Counted from the first letter of the stretch, positions 35,272 through 47,156 are shown. The stretch: 64,000 nt of DNA from Blastocladiella emersonii ATCC 22665 (GCA_025594325.1 JANHCV010000011.1:682001-746000), one strand, 5' to 3'. Program-made: numbers and translations. Notes: generated by a model from the letters alone, not told the origin.

Positions 35272-35634
35272 GCGCGGGTGTTGAAGAAGAGCTGCCCCCA
35301 TGGGTGGGTGCGGCAGCAAAAGCGCGGGCCCGCTCCGCGGGCGGGAGCGAGGCCGGCGCAAGGAAGAAGTGTTGAGCACGATTCTCCGCAAGGGAGAGAC
35401 GTCATGAGCTGCTCGAGCTCGCCATCGCCGAGGGCACACTCGGGGAGAGACAGCGCGGGTGTTGAAGAAGCTGCCCCCATGGGTGGGTGCGGCAGCAAAA
35501 GCGCGGGCCCACTCTGCGGGCGGGAGCGAGGCCGGCGCGAGGAAGAAGTGTTGAGCACAATTCTCCGCAAGGGAGAGATTGTGCGTCATGAGCTGCTTGA
35601 GCTCGCCGTCGCCGAGGGCACACTTGGGGAGAGA
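35272..35634. repeat. About 181-bp tandem duplication between RNase H and integrase
   Basis: GCGCGGGTGTTGAAGAAG...GGGGAGAGA occurs at 35272-35450 and 35453-35634. Confidence 0.85.
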
Positions 35635-35848
35635 TGGCGCAGGAGAGGATCCAGAGGGACCCCCCCCCCACCAGTGGGCGCCCACGGGGGGAACGTGATA
35701 CAGGACGACGGCTGGCGCAGTTGATGGCAACGAGACGGGCACAGGCGTTGGTATTATACAGGCGCGACAGGATGTCGGGCAGCACGTTCAGGACGCCGGG
35801 GAGATGCGTGACCGAGAACGAGAGGGAGAGCAGCGTGTTAAGCCAGTT

Positions 35849-36660
35849 TTAGAGGATGGGCAATAGGCGCTTCTGCGTGAACATGTGGGTGAGCGCCACG
35901 TGGTCCGTGAACAACGCAAAACGGCGGCCGTGGAGGTAGTAGAAGAAGCGAGTGAGCGCAAAGACGATGCCGAGGAGCTCGCGCTTGGTGGCCAAGTAGT
36001 TCTGCTCGGCGGGCTGCAGAGAGCGAGAGGCAAACGAGATGTAGCGCGGGGACTCGTGGCTACCCTGGAACAGGATGGCGCCAAGACTGACTTTTGAGGC
36101 GTCGGTAGCGACGAAGAACGGCTTGGAGAAATTGGGTGGCGCAAGACACGGGGCGGTGGCGACAGCGGCCTTTACGGCGAGGAACGCCTGCTCGCACTCG
36201 TTGGTCCACACGTTGCGGATGTTGAGGTCAATGCGCTTGAGGTTTGCGCAGCGCGTTGAGCGGGTGCATGAGGACCGCAGCGAGCGGGATGTAGGCGCGC
36301 AGGTAGTTGACAAGGCTGAGGAACTTCTGGACCTGGTTGCCGGACGTCAGACGCAGCCAGTTGTGGATTGAGACGACCTTGGCCTTGGCGGGCTGCACGC
36401 CCTCGGCCGAGACAACGTGGCCAAGCAGGTGCATGCGTGTAGAAGAAGCACTTGGCAGGGTTGAGGCGGAGGTTCCACCGTGTGAGACAGTAGACGACGG
36501 TAGACGACGAGGACGAGGTGCTGCGTGTGCTCCTCGATCAAGGCCAAGAAGATGACGAGATCGTCAATGAAGACGCGCACAAACAGCATGTTGTGGAAGA
36601 TGTTGTACATGACGGCCTGGAACTGCGCCGAGAGGGTCTTGATGCCAAACGGGCCGCGCA
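35849..36660 (-). pseudogene. Frameshifted RT C-terminal half and RNase H
   Basis: ORF pieces 36347-37045 (RGPFGIKTLSAQFQAVM...FIDDLVIF...EEH..HL), 36228-36434 (LLGHVVSAEGV...QVQKFLSLVNYLR) and 35849-36313 (RNase H). Confidence 0.9.
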
Positions 36661-36971
36661 AAGACGACATTGGGCTGGATAGAGCTGGAATGATGTTGTC
36701 GAGGAACAAGTCTGCACGCACGGTCAGGAACGCCGGGTAGCACTGAGAAGGCTCGCCGCGAACGGGCGTGCGGTTCGCTGCAGCCGAACGAGCGCGCGAA
36801 GACGACATCGGGCTGGATAGAGCCAGAATGATGTTGTCGAGGAACAGGTCTGCACGCACGGTCAGGAACGCCGGGTAGCACCGAGAAGGCTCGCTGCGAA
36901 CGGGCGTGCGGTTCGCTGCAGCTGAACGAGCGCGCGAAGACGACATCGGGCTGGATAGAGCCGGAATGATG
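36661..36971. repeat. 138-bp tandem repeat (about 2.3 copies) at the pol deletion junction
   Basis: AAGACGACAT[CT]GGGCTGGATAGAG starts at 36661, 36799 and 36937 (period 138 bp = 46 aa). Confidence 0.9.
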
Positions 36972-37387
36972 AGGTCAGAGATATTATTATTGTGAGCGAC
37001 AAGCGCCACGTACAGGTCGCGGATGGACGCGCGTGCCCAGGTCACGAAAATGCGGGCGTGCCCAGCCAGTTGGGGTCGACCGCACCGGCGCCGTCGTGCT
37101 CACGGCGCGCACCAGAGCGGGCGGGGGCGGCGAAATGCGCGACGGGACTGAGGCGGCCGCGAAGGGGATCGTTGTGGGTGACGGTGGCGGCGCGGGCCGA
37201 GGTGGGGCCGAGGCGGGAGCCAACGATGTGGTAGAACTTGTCGAGCAGGTGCGCGAACAGGCTGGTGGCGGACGCCGGCAGGAGGGCGAGGACACGGAGG
37301 TGGTGAGCGAGCAGGGGCTGGGAGCGGGGAATGCCGTCGACCGCGTGGGCAGGCAAGGAGACGAACTCGGAGCGGGAGCGCTTGAGG

Positions 37388-38752
37388 TCATCCGCCAAAC
37401 TTGGTCTCGAGACCCGCGGGCCAGATGGGCGCCACAGCCGCGTGGTAGTTGCGCGGGGCGCGCTCGCGCACAGCGGAGCGGGAGCGCGAGCGGGACCGGG
37501 GACGCGAGCAGGACCGGGAACGCGAGCGCTGACGCTCGTCGCTGCCGCCACAATCACGATCGTGGCGGTCGTCGGGCACGGCGAGAAGCGCGCGCGGGGC
37601 GTCGCGGGACGCGCGGTCGTCACGGCCGGCCTTGCCCTTGTCGTAGTGGCCGTTCTTGTTGTGGGCGCCGCCGCCGCGGTGGTTGTTGTAGTTGTTGTTG
37701 TTCTTGTTCTTGTTCTTGTCCTTGTCCTCGTCGCCCGACTTGGTGCGCGCGGCCGGCATGGCAGACGAGGCGTCGCCAGCGTCGCTGGCGGGCGCCTTGC
37801 TGCGCGAGGCGATCTGGACGTAGCCGTGGGGGCCAATGAGGTCGACGAGCGTGAGCGGGGTGCGCTTGGAGGTGGCGGTGCCGAGCGTGTGGCAGAGGGC
37901 GTTGTAGACGTCGTCCTTGATGCCCTTGACCGAGTTGAGGAACGAGGAGAGGAGCGCAGGAGGCAGGTGGCCGGTGGGATCCAGGCAACCCCCCTTGCGG
38001 AGACGCCGGACAAACACAACGCGGTGGCGCTCAAGGGTGAGGCCCGGAGTGGTGGGGAATGAGAGGTCGAGGTAGCGGACGATGGGGGCGCGCTCCATGT
38101 GGTTGAAGAAGTGGGCGATCAGCTGGTGCTCCTCGAGACTGGCGCCCTCGCAGACCATCGACTTGTACACGACCTGGGCGTCGTGGCCGACGGTGGTGGT
38201 GGCGGCGTTGAGCAGCTTGTACAGGTTGTGCAGCGGGTAGAGGTCGCGGAGGTTGCGGAGGAAGGTGGCTGGGTCTCAGCAGTTGCTGCGGGTTGGGTGG
38301 CGGTAGTTGATGCGGGTGCTCTCGATGTCGGCGCGCAGCTGCTTGTCGACGCTGGTGGTCGACGCGGCGGGAGCGGCTGGCAAGGCGGCGGCCGGCGCGG
38401 CCAGGGGCGCCTTGGCGGGCAGCATGTCGACGGCGAGGTTGATGATGTTGTTGTAGCGCGAGTGCGCGGCGATGAGCGCGTCCAGCGCCTTGGCGGCCTG
38501 GGCCTGCAGCTTGGGCGGGTGGGTGGCCGACGTGCCGTTGCCCTGGGACGGCGCGGGTTGCGCGGCGGCGTCGATGGCGGCCGAGCAGGCAGCGAACTGC
38601 TCAGCGAGTAGCTGGCGCAGCTCAGCGGCGCGCGCGCGTGCGGCGGGCACGGCCTGGGGGTCCTTGGCCGCGGTGCTGCATGTGCCGGGGAGCGCGGAGA
38701 TGTCGCTGCAGAGCGCCGGCGAGATGGTGAAGGTGGTGGGGTTCGAGGCCAT
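37388..38752 (-). pseudogene. Gag-like ORF interrupted by one in-frame TGA
   Basis: ATG at 38752, 22 nt after the 5' LTR. ORFs 38276-38848 and 37388-38170 are in the same frame, separated by TGC-TGA-GAC at 38276-38278. Confidence 0.75.
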
Positions 38753-38774
38753 GCAGAAAACTACTTGAAGAAAA

Positions 38775-38990
38775 TGTTGATGCCGACAGAAGGAGGCGGG
38801 AGACAAGTAGTCAGGGATGTCTATTCCTGCCTTTGGCCCCGAACCCAAGACGGGGAGAGGGGAGAATGGATAACAAAGCAGGGCGCGCCGCAGCGGGGTG
38901 TGGCGGCGCGGGAGCGAGGGATTGCGGGCGGCTCACGCGAGATCAGATGATTGATCACCGCGGTTGTGGCCACATGAACGACACGCAACA
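38775..38990 (-). repeat. 5' LTR
   Basis: 216 bp, TG...CA. Confidence 0.95.
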
Positions 38991-39271
38991 GCAACCTTGG
39001 CAAAGATGGGCTCGGCCTGCTTCGACTTGTTCGTGTCGCGCTTGCCGGGGCGCGGCACGATGCGAGGCAGGCGGGCCGAGAACTTGCCGAGTGCGTGCTT
39101 GACTGAGGCGACGGTTGAGGGCACGAACGGCAGGTTGAAGGCCTTCTCGGACTTGAAGCAGTAGTCCTCGCACGCCAAGGAAAGCGTGGAGTACGAGGAC
39201 TGGCACTGCTCGTGGGCCGAGAGGAGGATGGCGGTCGAGGGGACCTTGGCGGGGGCAGAAAACATCATCAT
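38991..39271 (-). pseudogene. Small host-like ORF truncated by the 5' LTR
   Basis: MMMFSAPAKVPSTAILLSAHEQCQSSY...EPIFAKVA runs directly into the LTR; TATAAAG at 39422-39416 upstream; host-like codon usage. Confidence 0.5.
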
Positions 39272-39671
39272 TTTTGGGATAGGCTCTGGAGGGCGCGCGA
39301 GCGAGAGGTTTAGCAACTCAACTTGGTAAGCGGTGAGCAGCAAGGGATGCATACATGGATGAAATAAAGACCTAGGATGGAGAGCAAGAGAAGGAGGGCC
39401 GAGGAACGGGCGATCTTTATAGGGGACGGCAGTTCGCCCTGGTTCAAGACGAGCATGCATACATCGTTCATTTCGACCCCCGTGGCAGTGGCGATCACCC
39501 ACGAGGCAGTGCGAGACATCACGGGGTTGCGAGACACTTTTCGAGTGATGTCGCTTTGACTGCTCTTGCTCCCTAATCCTCGTCTCGCACCTTTACGCGA
39601 TGGTCCCTTGCACAGCTTCTCAAAAGACCAAACTATCCATGTTACACACACAACAAAATCGACCACCACCA

Positions 39672-42600
39672 TCACTCGCTCGTGCTACTCGCGGCCGCCG
39701 TCGCCGCTACCGCCGCGACAGCAGCAGGCACGACGGGCTCGCCGCTCTCGTCGAGCTCGACGACCTGCTCGCCGGCAGCCATGACGCGGTTCTGCGTGAG
39801 CTCCTCCTCGAGGGTGCCGCGGGACACGAACCGGACGACCGTGACCTCGCGCGTCTGTCCGGCGCGGACGGCGCGGGCGATGCCCTGGGTCTCGTAAGCG
39901 CGCGACGTGGCCTCGTCCTCGGCGAGGAACGGGTGGACGATCACGACGTGGTTGGCCTCGGTCAGGTGCAGGCCGGACACGCAGTCCTGGTTCGAGAGGA
40001 ACAGGACCTTGACGTCCGGGTTCTGCTTGAACGCCGACAGCGCGCGGCGCTTGCTCATGACGTTGCCGCCCAGCAGACTGGCGTTCTCGACGCCGAGCGT
40101 GTGGAACGCCTGCGAGATGAGCTTAGCGAGCCGGCGGAACTGGCAGAACAGGATCAGCTTGGCCGTCGGGTCCTGCGCGACCACGCGCTGCACGTACTTG
40201 ATGAGCGCGAGCACCTTCTGCCCGTACTTGCGCGCATCGGCCGCCGCCTGCTCGGCGCTGGCACTCGCGGCATCACCGTCGGCCTTGGCGTCGCCGCCCA
40301 TACGCGTGCGCGAGAAGGCGTCGACGTGCGCGCGGCACACGGCGCACCGGCTGCCGTCGAGGCTGCGCAGCTGCATCGAGCACGGGACGCAGTACAGGTG
40401 CCCACACGGCATCGTCATGGCCACCTCCTCGTTCTTTTCGGGCGAGTCGAAGCAGATCGGGCACGAAAACTCCTCGGCACGCGCCACCGACCCGAGCACC
40501 GTGTCGAGGAACGCGTGCGCCGCCGCCACCTCGCGCAGGTCCTGCGCCGCCTGGTCGTGCAGCGCACGCGCGTCGAGGAAGTGCCGCACGCGGTCGCGGA
40601 TCAGGCGCACCGTCTCCGCGGGCATCGTCGCGGGGAGCACCGTCGCGGAACCCGTCTCGGCGTGCGACGCCGCGGGCTGCTGAGGCTGCTGTGACTGCGG
40701 CGACATGGGCGCCTGCTGCTGCGACTGCGACTGCGACTGCGACTGGGACGCGCCAGCAGCGACGGGCGGCGCCGCGGGGAGGTCATCAGCGCGAAGCCCG
40801 CGACCGAGCGCCCAGCGCCGCGCCGCAGGCCACGCCGTGAGGATCTCGCCGATCTGGGCGCGGAGCGAGTCGATCTCCTGGGAGCGCGTCGCGATGGCGG
40901 CGCGGAACCGGGCCATGCGCACGAGGCGGTCGGCCTGGACGCGCTTGGACATTTCCTCGGCCGAGACCATGCCCATGTCCTCCTGGCCGTTGCCGTTGCC
41001 GCCGCCGGCAATCTCGCCGGCGAGCCCGTGGTGCTGGAGCGCCTGGAGCTGCGTGGCGCGGTCGCGGTGCGCGGCGGCGGCCGCGAGGGCGAGCTCCGTC
41101 GGCGTCAGGTGGACCCAGATCGTCGCGTACCGGACGGGCGGGAGGTGCAGGTCCGGGTTGGCGCGGCGGAAGAACTGGTTGAGGAACGCCTGGTGCGCGG
41201 CGCGGTGCTGGTGCGGCACGTTGCGGGCGTGGATGAGCTCGGCGAGCCGCGGGATCGCCGCGGTGCCGTCGAGGACGGGCGAGCCCGTGAGCCCGAGGAT
41301 GAACCGCGTGCGGACGCCCTTGATGAAGGCGCGCGTCTCGACGCCGAGCCGGCGCACCGCCGCCGAGATCTTGACGGCGGGCCGGCGCCGCGACCCCGCG
41401 CGCGCGTCCTCGTCGTCCTCGTCGTCGTCCTCGTTCTCCTCGCCGTACCCGCCGCGCCGGCGCGGGTTGACCATGTTCATGTCAACAAACTCGTGCATCT
41501 CGTCGACGATGACGCGGTGGAAGTAGATGCGCTCGAGCACCACGGACCCGCGCTGCTCGCCGAACGCTGCGCGCCCGCTGCGCGTCAGGTCGGCAATGTG
41601 CTCGGCGAGCGACCGCGCGAACCGCTCGGCCTCGGAAAGGCTGCGGCGCAGGCCGACCGTGTGGGCGATCGGGTCGATGGGCGACTGGTACTTGGGCTCG
41701 CCGATGAGCGCCGCGATCGCCGCGCGGTAGTTGGCGTTGGCGAGGAACGCCGAGCTGACGATGACGAGCGTGGCCGTGATGACTGCGTTCCACGACAGCG
41801 CGCGCCACTCAGCAATGGTGGTGATGGTCACGACGGTCGCGGACCGCGGCAGCGCCTTGGCCGCCTCGTCGCGCCACTGGTTGACGAGGTCGCTGCGCAC
41901 CACGACCAGCGTCGCGCTCGACGGCACGTACTTGCCGCGCTCGGCCGCGGGGATCCGGAGGTCGGCCGCGTGGCGCAGCGGGTTGGCGACGACGAGCGCG
42001 AGCGCCGTGACCGTCTTGCCGGCGCCGACGCGCGACGCGTCGATGGCGCCGGGGCACTCGATGGGCGGCGGCGGCGGGTCGAGCATGGGCGTCCACCGGT
42101 CGCGCCGGTAGAAGGCGTGCTCGCCAAAGTGGTACAGGTGGCCGTTGGGCCCGAGGCGGACGAACCGCGGCGCGCCCTCGGCCTGCTCGGGGACCGCGAC
42201 GCGCTGCTGCGCCACGTCGTTCTCGAGCCGCATCAGCCAGTCGATGGTGCGCTTCTGGTACGGGTACAGCTGCAGGCGGAACTCCTCGAGCGCGCGGTCG
42301 AGCGGCGACGGGCCCGCCGCCGGGTCGCGCACAAACTCGGCGTTCTGCACCTCGGGGATCGTGAGCTCGGGCGCCTTGTTGCTGTCGTCGCCCTGCGGCT
42401 CGCCGCCGTCTGCGCCCTCGCCGCTAGGACCGCCCTCGCCGCCGTCGGGGCCCGACGGACCTGAGGCACCGGCACCGCCAGCGGCGCGGTCGGCCTCGGC
42501 CGCCGCCTGCGCAGCCGCCCGCTCGGCGGCCTCCTGGGCGCGGCGCTGCATACGAGCGAGACGGCGCTGCTCCTTGCGCTCGACGCGCTCGCGGGCGCGG

Positions 42601-44926
42601 CGCATGCGCTCGACGAGGTTGCCCTCGGAGTGGAAGAGGGTGTAGATATCGAGCTCCTCGTCCGAGTTGTCCGAGTCGGGCTCCGACTCCGAGTCGGGCT
42701 CGGACGCGCTGCGGAAGTCGTCGGCGTTGATGCGGGCGGCGGCGCGCGCGTCCGTGTCGCTGCCGGAGATGGAGTCGTAGTACTGCGAGTAGCCGCGCGG
42801 CATGTACTCGGCGGCGGCCTCGTCGTTGCCGCCGGCCGCGGCGACGTGGGCGCGCGACCAGCCGGGGCGGAACAGGTCGAGCAGCTTGCGCAGCGTGGTG
42901 GTGACGCCGGCGGGGCGGTCGCGGAGCGCCGCGCGCACCGCGTCGATGCGCAGGTACGCCATCCAGCGGTACCGGAACCGCGCCTGGCCGCGCTTGTACC
43001 GCGCGTTGCGGACGGGGCGCACCACGACGTGCAGGAACGGCAGCATCGACTCGCGGATCCCGAGGAAGAAGCGCGGCGCGCCCTTGGGCTCGCACGTCAT
43101 GAAGTGGTCGCCGGCCGAGTCGGCGCGCACGAACCGGTGCAGCAGCTTGCGCGCGTCCGGGTCGGGCTTGGTCTCGCGCTCGTCGGCCGGGTCCGCGTCC
43201 TTGTACGGCGCGTCCGCCGCGAGCCGCCAGAACGCGAACGGGTACACGCAGCGGCGGAAGAAGTAGGCGCCGGTGAGCTCATTGCGGTACTCGGGGTCGC
43301 GGCCGACTATCGCGCTAAAGTCGTCGGGCCGAGACACGGCCGCGGCCACGGCGGCGGGCGTCCAGCCGTCGGCCGGCGCCGACTTGCGGAACATGACTGG
43401 GACGCGCTTCGCCGAGCGCCGGTGGTAGGCGCCGTATATGTGGTAGGCGAAGATGTGTCCGTGCGGGTCGGGATGGCGCCGCTGCCGATGCGAGACGCGC
43501 AGCACGGGCTCCTGGTGCATGGTGAACTCGCCGAGCACGGGCAGCTCGTCGCCGACGAAGTACCCCTCGTCGTCGAGGCCCTCGAGCGGCATGGGCAGGC
43601 GCGTGGAGTGCAGGCAGGTCTCGGAGCCGAGGTACAGCACTAGTTTTCGCGCCGTCAGCATCACGGCGTGCATGGGATCGCAAAAAGAGAGTCAAACGTA
43701 CGCGGCATCTCGTCGTTCTCGGCGTCCCCGGGGCGGCCGTTGGCGAGCGAGTCCTCGTCCTCGTCATCGACAAACTCGATCTCGTCGTCGTCCTCGTCGT
43801 CGTCGCTCCCGCCACCGTCACTCCCACCACCACCGCCGTCGCCGCCGTTGGGTGACGCCGACTTGCGGGCCTTAGCCTTGCCCTTGCCTTTACCGACAAA
43901 GTCGGACGTGGACATGCCGCTCGCGGCAGCCGCAGCAGCGACGGCGGCGGCCGAGGGCTTGCCGCGGCGCTTCTTGAGCTTCTTCTTGGGCCGGCCGTTG
44001 GCGTCGTCGAGCGCCGAGAAGGGCGGGTGGCGCGGGAACGGGTACCACCAGGCGCGGGCCTGGCGCTCGGCGGCCTGCATGCGCGACGCGACCACGGGGT
44101 CGGCGAGCAGCTCGGCGAGCTTGCGCTCCTCGTCGGGGTCGAGCAGGTCGTCGTCCTCGTCGTAGTCGAGATCGTCGTCCTCGTCATCGGCCTCGGCGCC
44201 GTTGGTGCCGCGGGTGGCGGCGTCGGCGGCGGCGAGCGCGCGGCGGTGCGCGCGGTTCATCGGGCCCATGGCGATCGGGTCGTCGAGCAGGCACGGGACG
44301 AACTTGGGCGCGGGCTTGGCCTTGCCCTTGCCCTTGCCCTTGCCCTTGGCGGCAGCGGTCTTGGTGGGCGACGCGGCGGGCGTCGACTTGGCGCTGGCGC
44401 CGGCCTTGCCCTTGGCGCGGCGGCGTGCGGCGGCTGTGGCCGGCTTGGCCGACGACTTGCCCGCGTACAGGTCGTCGTCCGAGTCGGCGGCGAGGAAGCT
44501 GTCCTCGCTGTCGTACTTGTTGGTGTTGCTGTCGGACGACCGGCGCGACCGGCGCGTGCGCTTCGCCGGCGGCGCAGCCACCTCCTCGTCGCTCTCGGGG
44601 GAGCTGGGCTCGCCGGCGCTCGCGGAGGACGGCGGATCAGGCACGTCCGAGAGGTCCGACGACGCAGCAGCGTCATCCTGGGCAGGAGTGGGCGACGACG
44701 AGGAGGCAGCCGGGCGGCCGTTGCGGCGGCGCTTGGTCGTGGCGGGAGCAGACGCGGCGGCGGCAGCAGCGGTGGCGCGCTTTCCGCTGGCCCTGGTGTT
44801 ACGCGCGGTGGTGGTGGCGGGCGGCGGCGGAGGCGAGTCCTCGGGCGCGCTCGACAGGTCCGAGAGCACGTCGACGTCCATGTCGTCGGAGGGCGGCGCG
44901 CGGGCGGCCGCACGTCTCGGCGGCAT
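39672..44926 (-). CDS. SNF2-family helicase/ATPase with RING finger (Rad5/Rad16/SHPRH/Irc20-like), about 1730 aa
   Basis: Exons 44926-43702 and 43639-39672 (62-nt intron). Walker A SRVGAGKT, Walker B IVDEMHE, motif III LTGSP, C3HC4 RING CPIC...CGHLYC..C...CAVCR, and HelicaseC motifs KLILFCQF, SGLHLTEANHV and QGIARAVRAGQ. Confidence 0.92.
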
Positions 44927-45177
44927 GGTGTGCAGGTGCAGGTCGATCCGTCGGGTTGATGCGTAGTCTGCTTTGAGTCAACCGTTGGGGGAGGGGAGAG
45001 AGAGCTTGCACGGCGCGGGGCCGGGCGGACCGGCCGGACAGTGAGGAGGCGCGCGGCGAAGTGACTCCCGCGACGCGCTCCCTGTCTCACATGTGTGCGC
45101 CGCATCTCAAGTGTCTCGCGCGACGCCGCCGCCGCCAAGTGTCCACACCGCAAAATCTATATTTTCTTCATGTCGCG

Positions 45178-46343
45178 TCACGGCTCGTACACGAGGAACG
45201 CGCGCTCCGACACGAGCTTCTGGACGCCGTCAGCGATAGCGACGAGCAGCGGGTGGCGCGGGTCGAGGGCGAGCGCGGGGTCGGCGCCCTCGACAAACTC
45301 GATGCGCGCGAGCGGGCACACGAGGCGCGACGTGCTGGTCACGAACGCGGCGGCCCACCGGTCGCGCTCGTCGAGCCGCGGGTGGTCGTACACGAGCGGG
45401 ACCTGCAGCGACTCGAGCACCGCAACCACGAGCTTGAGCACCGTCCCCGTCAGCACGTCCGACAGCGGCGCCGTGCGCACCTGCCACGCGGCGAACGGAC
45501 CCGACGATCCGGCGGCGGGCGAGACGCGCGGCTCGATTGTGAAAAAGTTACTCGACAGACCCTCGAACACGCGCCCACCGTCGACCAGCAGCACCTCGTT
45601 GACGTGTCCGCCGGCCATGTGCGTGTTAAGCACCTGCCGGTCGGCGACCCACTGCGAATCCTTGGCCTCGGCGTTCCCACGCGGCGAACCCGCAACCTTA
45701 GCGAGCGTGTGCTCGGGCTCGCGCGGTCCCGGTGGCGCGAGCGCCGCGCAGTGCACCGCGAGCGTGCCGTTGTCGGTCACGAGCCAGGTGATCTTGGTCT
45801 CGTCGGCAGCGTGCGCGTCGGGCAGCGGCGCCTCGAGGTGGTTGGCCGTGTAGTAGGCGCGCAGGGCAGCAGAAACGACGGGCTGCATCCACTGGCCGAG
45901 CGTGGTCGGGTCGGTCACGGCGGCGCGCAGCGCGGGCGTCGCCTCCTCGAACGACGTGGCCGCCTCCATCTTGGCCAGCGAGCTCGCGGTGCGCGCCACG
46001 TGGCCCGGGTAGTCCATGATGTGCGTGCGGAACACGGTGCTACGTTCGCACGGCGCTCGTTAGCGTGGCCGGCCGAGTGCAGCGGCCGGGAGGGTGCGTA
46101 CCGCGCGCCCGTGTAGGCGCCGCGCGGGAGCGACAGGATCCACGCGTTCGAGTCGGCCATCTCGCCGACCTTGACGGCAATCTCGCTGGCGACGGGGCCG
46201 CGCGTCTCGGCCGACCGCGGCGCCGTCCACTGCGCGGACACGGGGATCACGGTGGCGGGCATGGTTGCAAGGTTGCGGATGGCTCGAACGGGTGCTGACG
46301 ACGGCGACAAGTGTGGTTTGATACTCCCGAGTAGGCGATACAT
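45178..46343 (-). CDS. Class IV (D-amino-acid/BCAT-fold) PLP-dependent aminotransferase-like protein, probable mitochondrial presequence
   Basis: Intron 46101-46040; motifs PRGAYTGART, NAEAKDSQWV, EVLLVDGGRVFEGLSSNFF, VLTGTV and AAFVTSTSRLV; Arg/Ser-rich, nearly acid-free N-terminus. Confidence 0.88.
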
Positions 46344-46650
46344 GAGCGATGTAGCGGTTGACGATGGGGAGAGAGGCAGAGTGAAGCGGACGCTTGCTCG
46401 ACCGAAGACTGGCCCGATCGCGCCGCGAGAGCGCGCCAACGCGTTCCGGCAACACCTGCCACGGCCATCGCGTGCGGGTGACAGGCGCTTCGGTGCCGAT
46501 CCTCGCGACTTGCAGCCACCCGCTCCGGTCCCCTGCTGCGCGCCGCGCCCAGCGCCGCGCCCTGCCCGCTCGACTCTCCTCTGGCCCGCCATCGCCATCG
46601 TAGCCAGCTCGAGGAGTCTCGACGGAACGAACCAACTACTACTAGCAAAC

Positions 46651-47156
46651 ATGGCGGCGGATCCCAAGGCGGTCGCGAAGCAGTTCGTGGACTACTACTA
46701 CCAGATCTTCGACACGAACCGTGCCGGTCTGCGCCAGCTCTACGTACGCGCCGCGCCGCCCCTGCCTGTGGCGCATCGCTTACTCCACGCTGGCGTGTAG
46801 CGGGAGCACTCGATGATGTCGTTCGAGGGCACCGACCTGCAGGGCGTCAACGCCATCATGAACAAGCTCGAGAACCTGCCCTTTTCGCAGATCCAGCACC
46901 GCGTCCTGTCCGTCGACGCGCAGCCGTCCAACCCGACCGCCGGCTCGCTCCTCATCATCGTCACGGGCCAGCTGCTGGTACGCCGTGCTCTGCGGTGATC
47001 GCACGTCGCGATCGCTCTTGGGCTGACGCGCGCCCTCCTCGTGTGTAGACCAACGGCGAGTCCCAGCCCCTGTTCTACTGCCAGACGTTCCAGCTGATCC
47101 CCGAGAACAACTCCTTCTGGATCTACAACGACGTCTTCCGCCTCAACTACGGTTAA
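46651..47156 (+). CDS. NTF2: Nuclear transport factor 2
   Basis: Introns 46744-46800 and 46978-47048: VAKQFVDYYYQIFDTNRAGLRQLY|REHSMMSFEG...DAQPS...IVTGQLL|...FCQ-type TFQL...IYNDVFRLNYG*. Confidence 0.96.

Larger units (their letters stand above)
33413..38990 (-). mobile_element. Decayed Ty3/Gypsy chromovirus LTR retrotransposon (5.6 kb)
   Basis: Two 216-bp TG...CA LTRs (211/216 identical), a PPT, gag, a partial RT (PFGIK...FIDD), RNase H (TDASKVSLGAIL...NYLATKRELLGIVFAL...FTDH), an integrase (HHCC remnant, SDNGPEF, GASER, GPY) and a C-terminal chromodomain (YLVRW...NSWIP). It carries frameshifts, a stop and a large pol deletion. Confidence 0.96.

Noticed and set aside
38276-38278. Programmed stop-codon readthrough in gag
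   Set aside because: The TGA is explained more simply as CGA>TGA deamination in an element with many other CpG transitions and disablements.
38840-38855. Pol III B-box (SINE-like promoter) inside the LTR (GGGTTCGGGGCC on the element strand)
   Set aside because: Poor match to GGTTCGANTCC, with no properly spaced A box.
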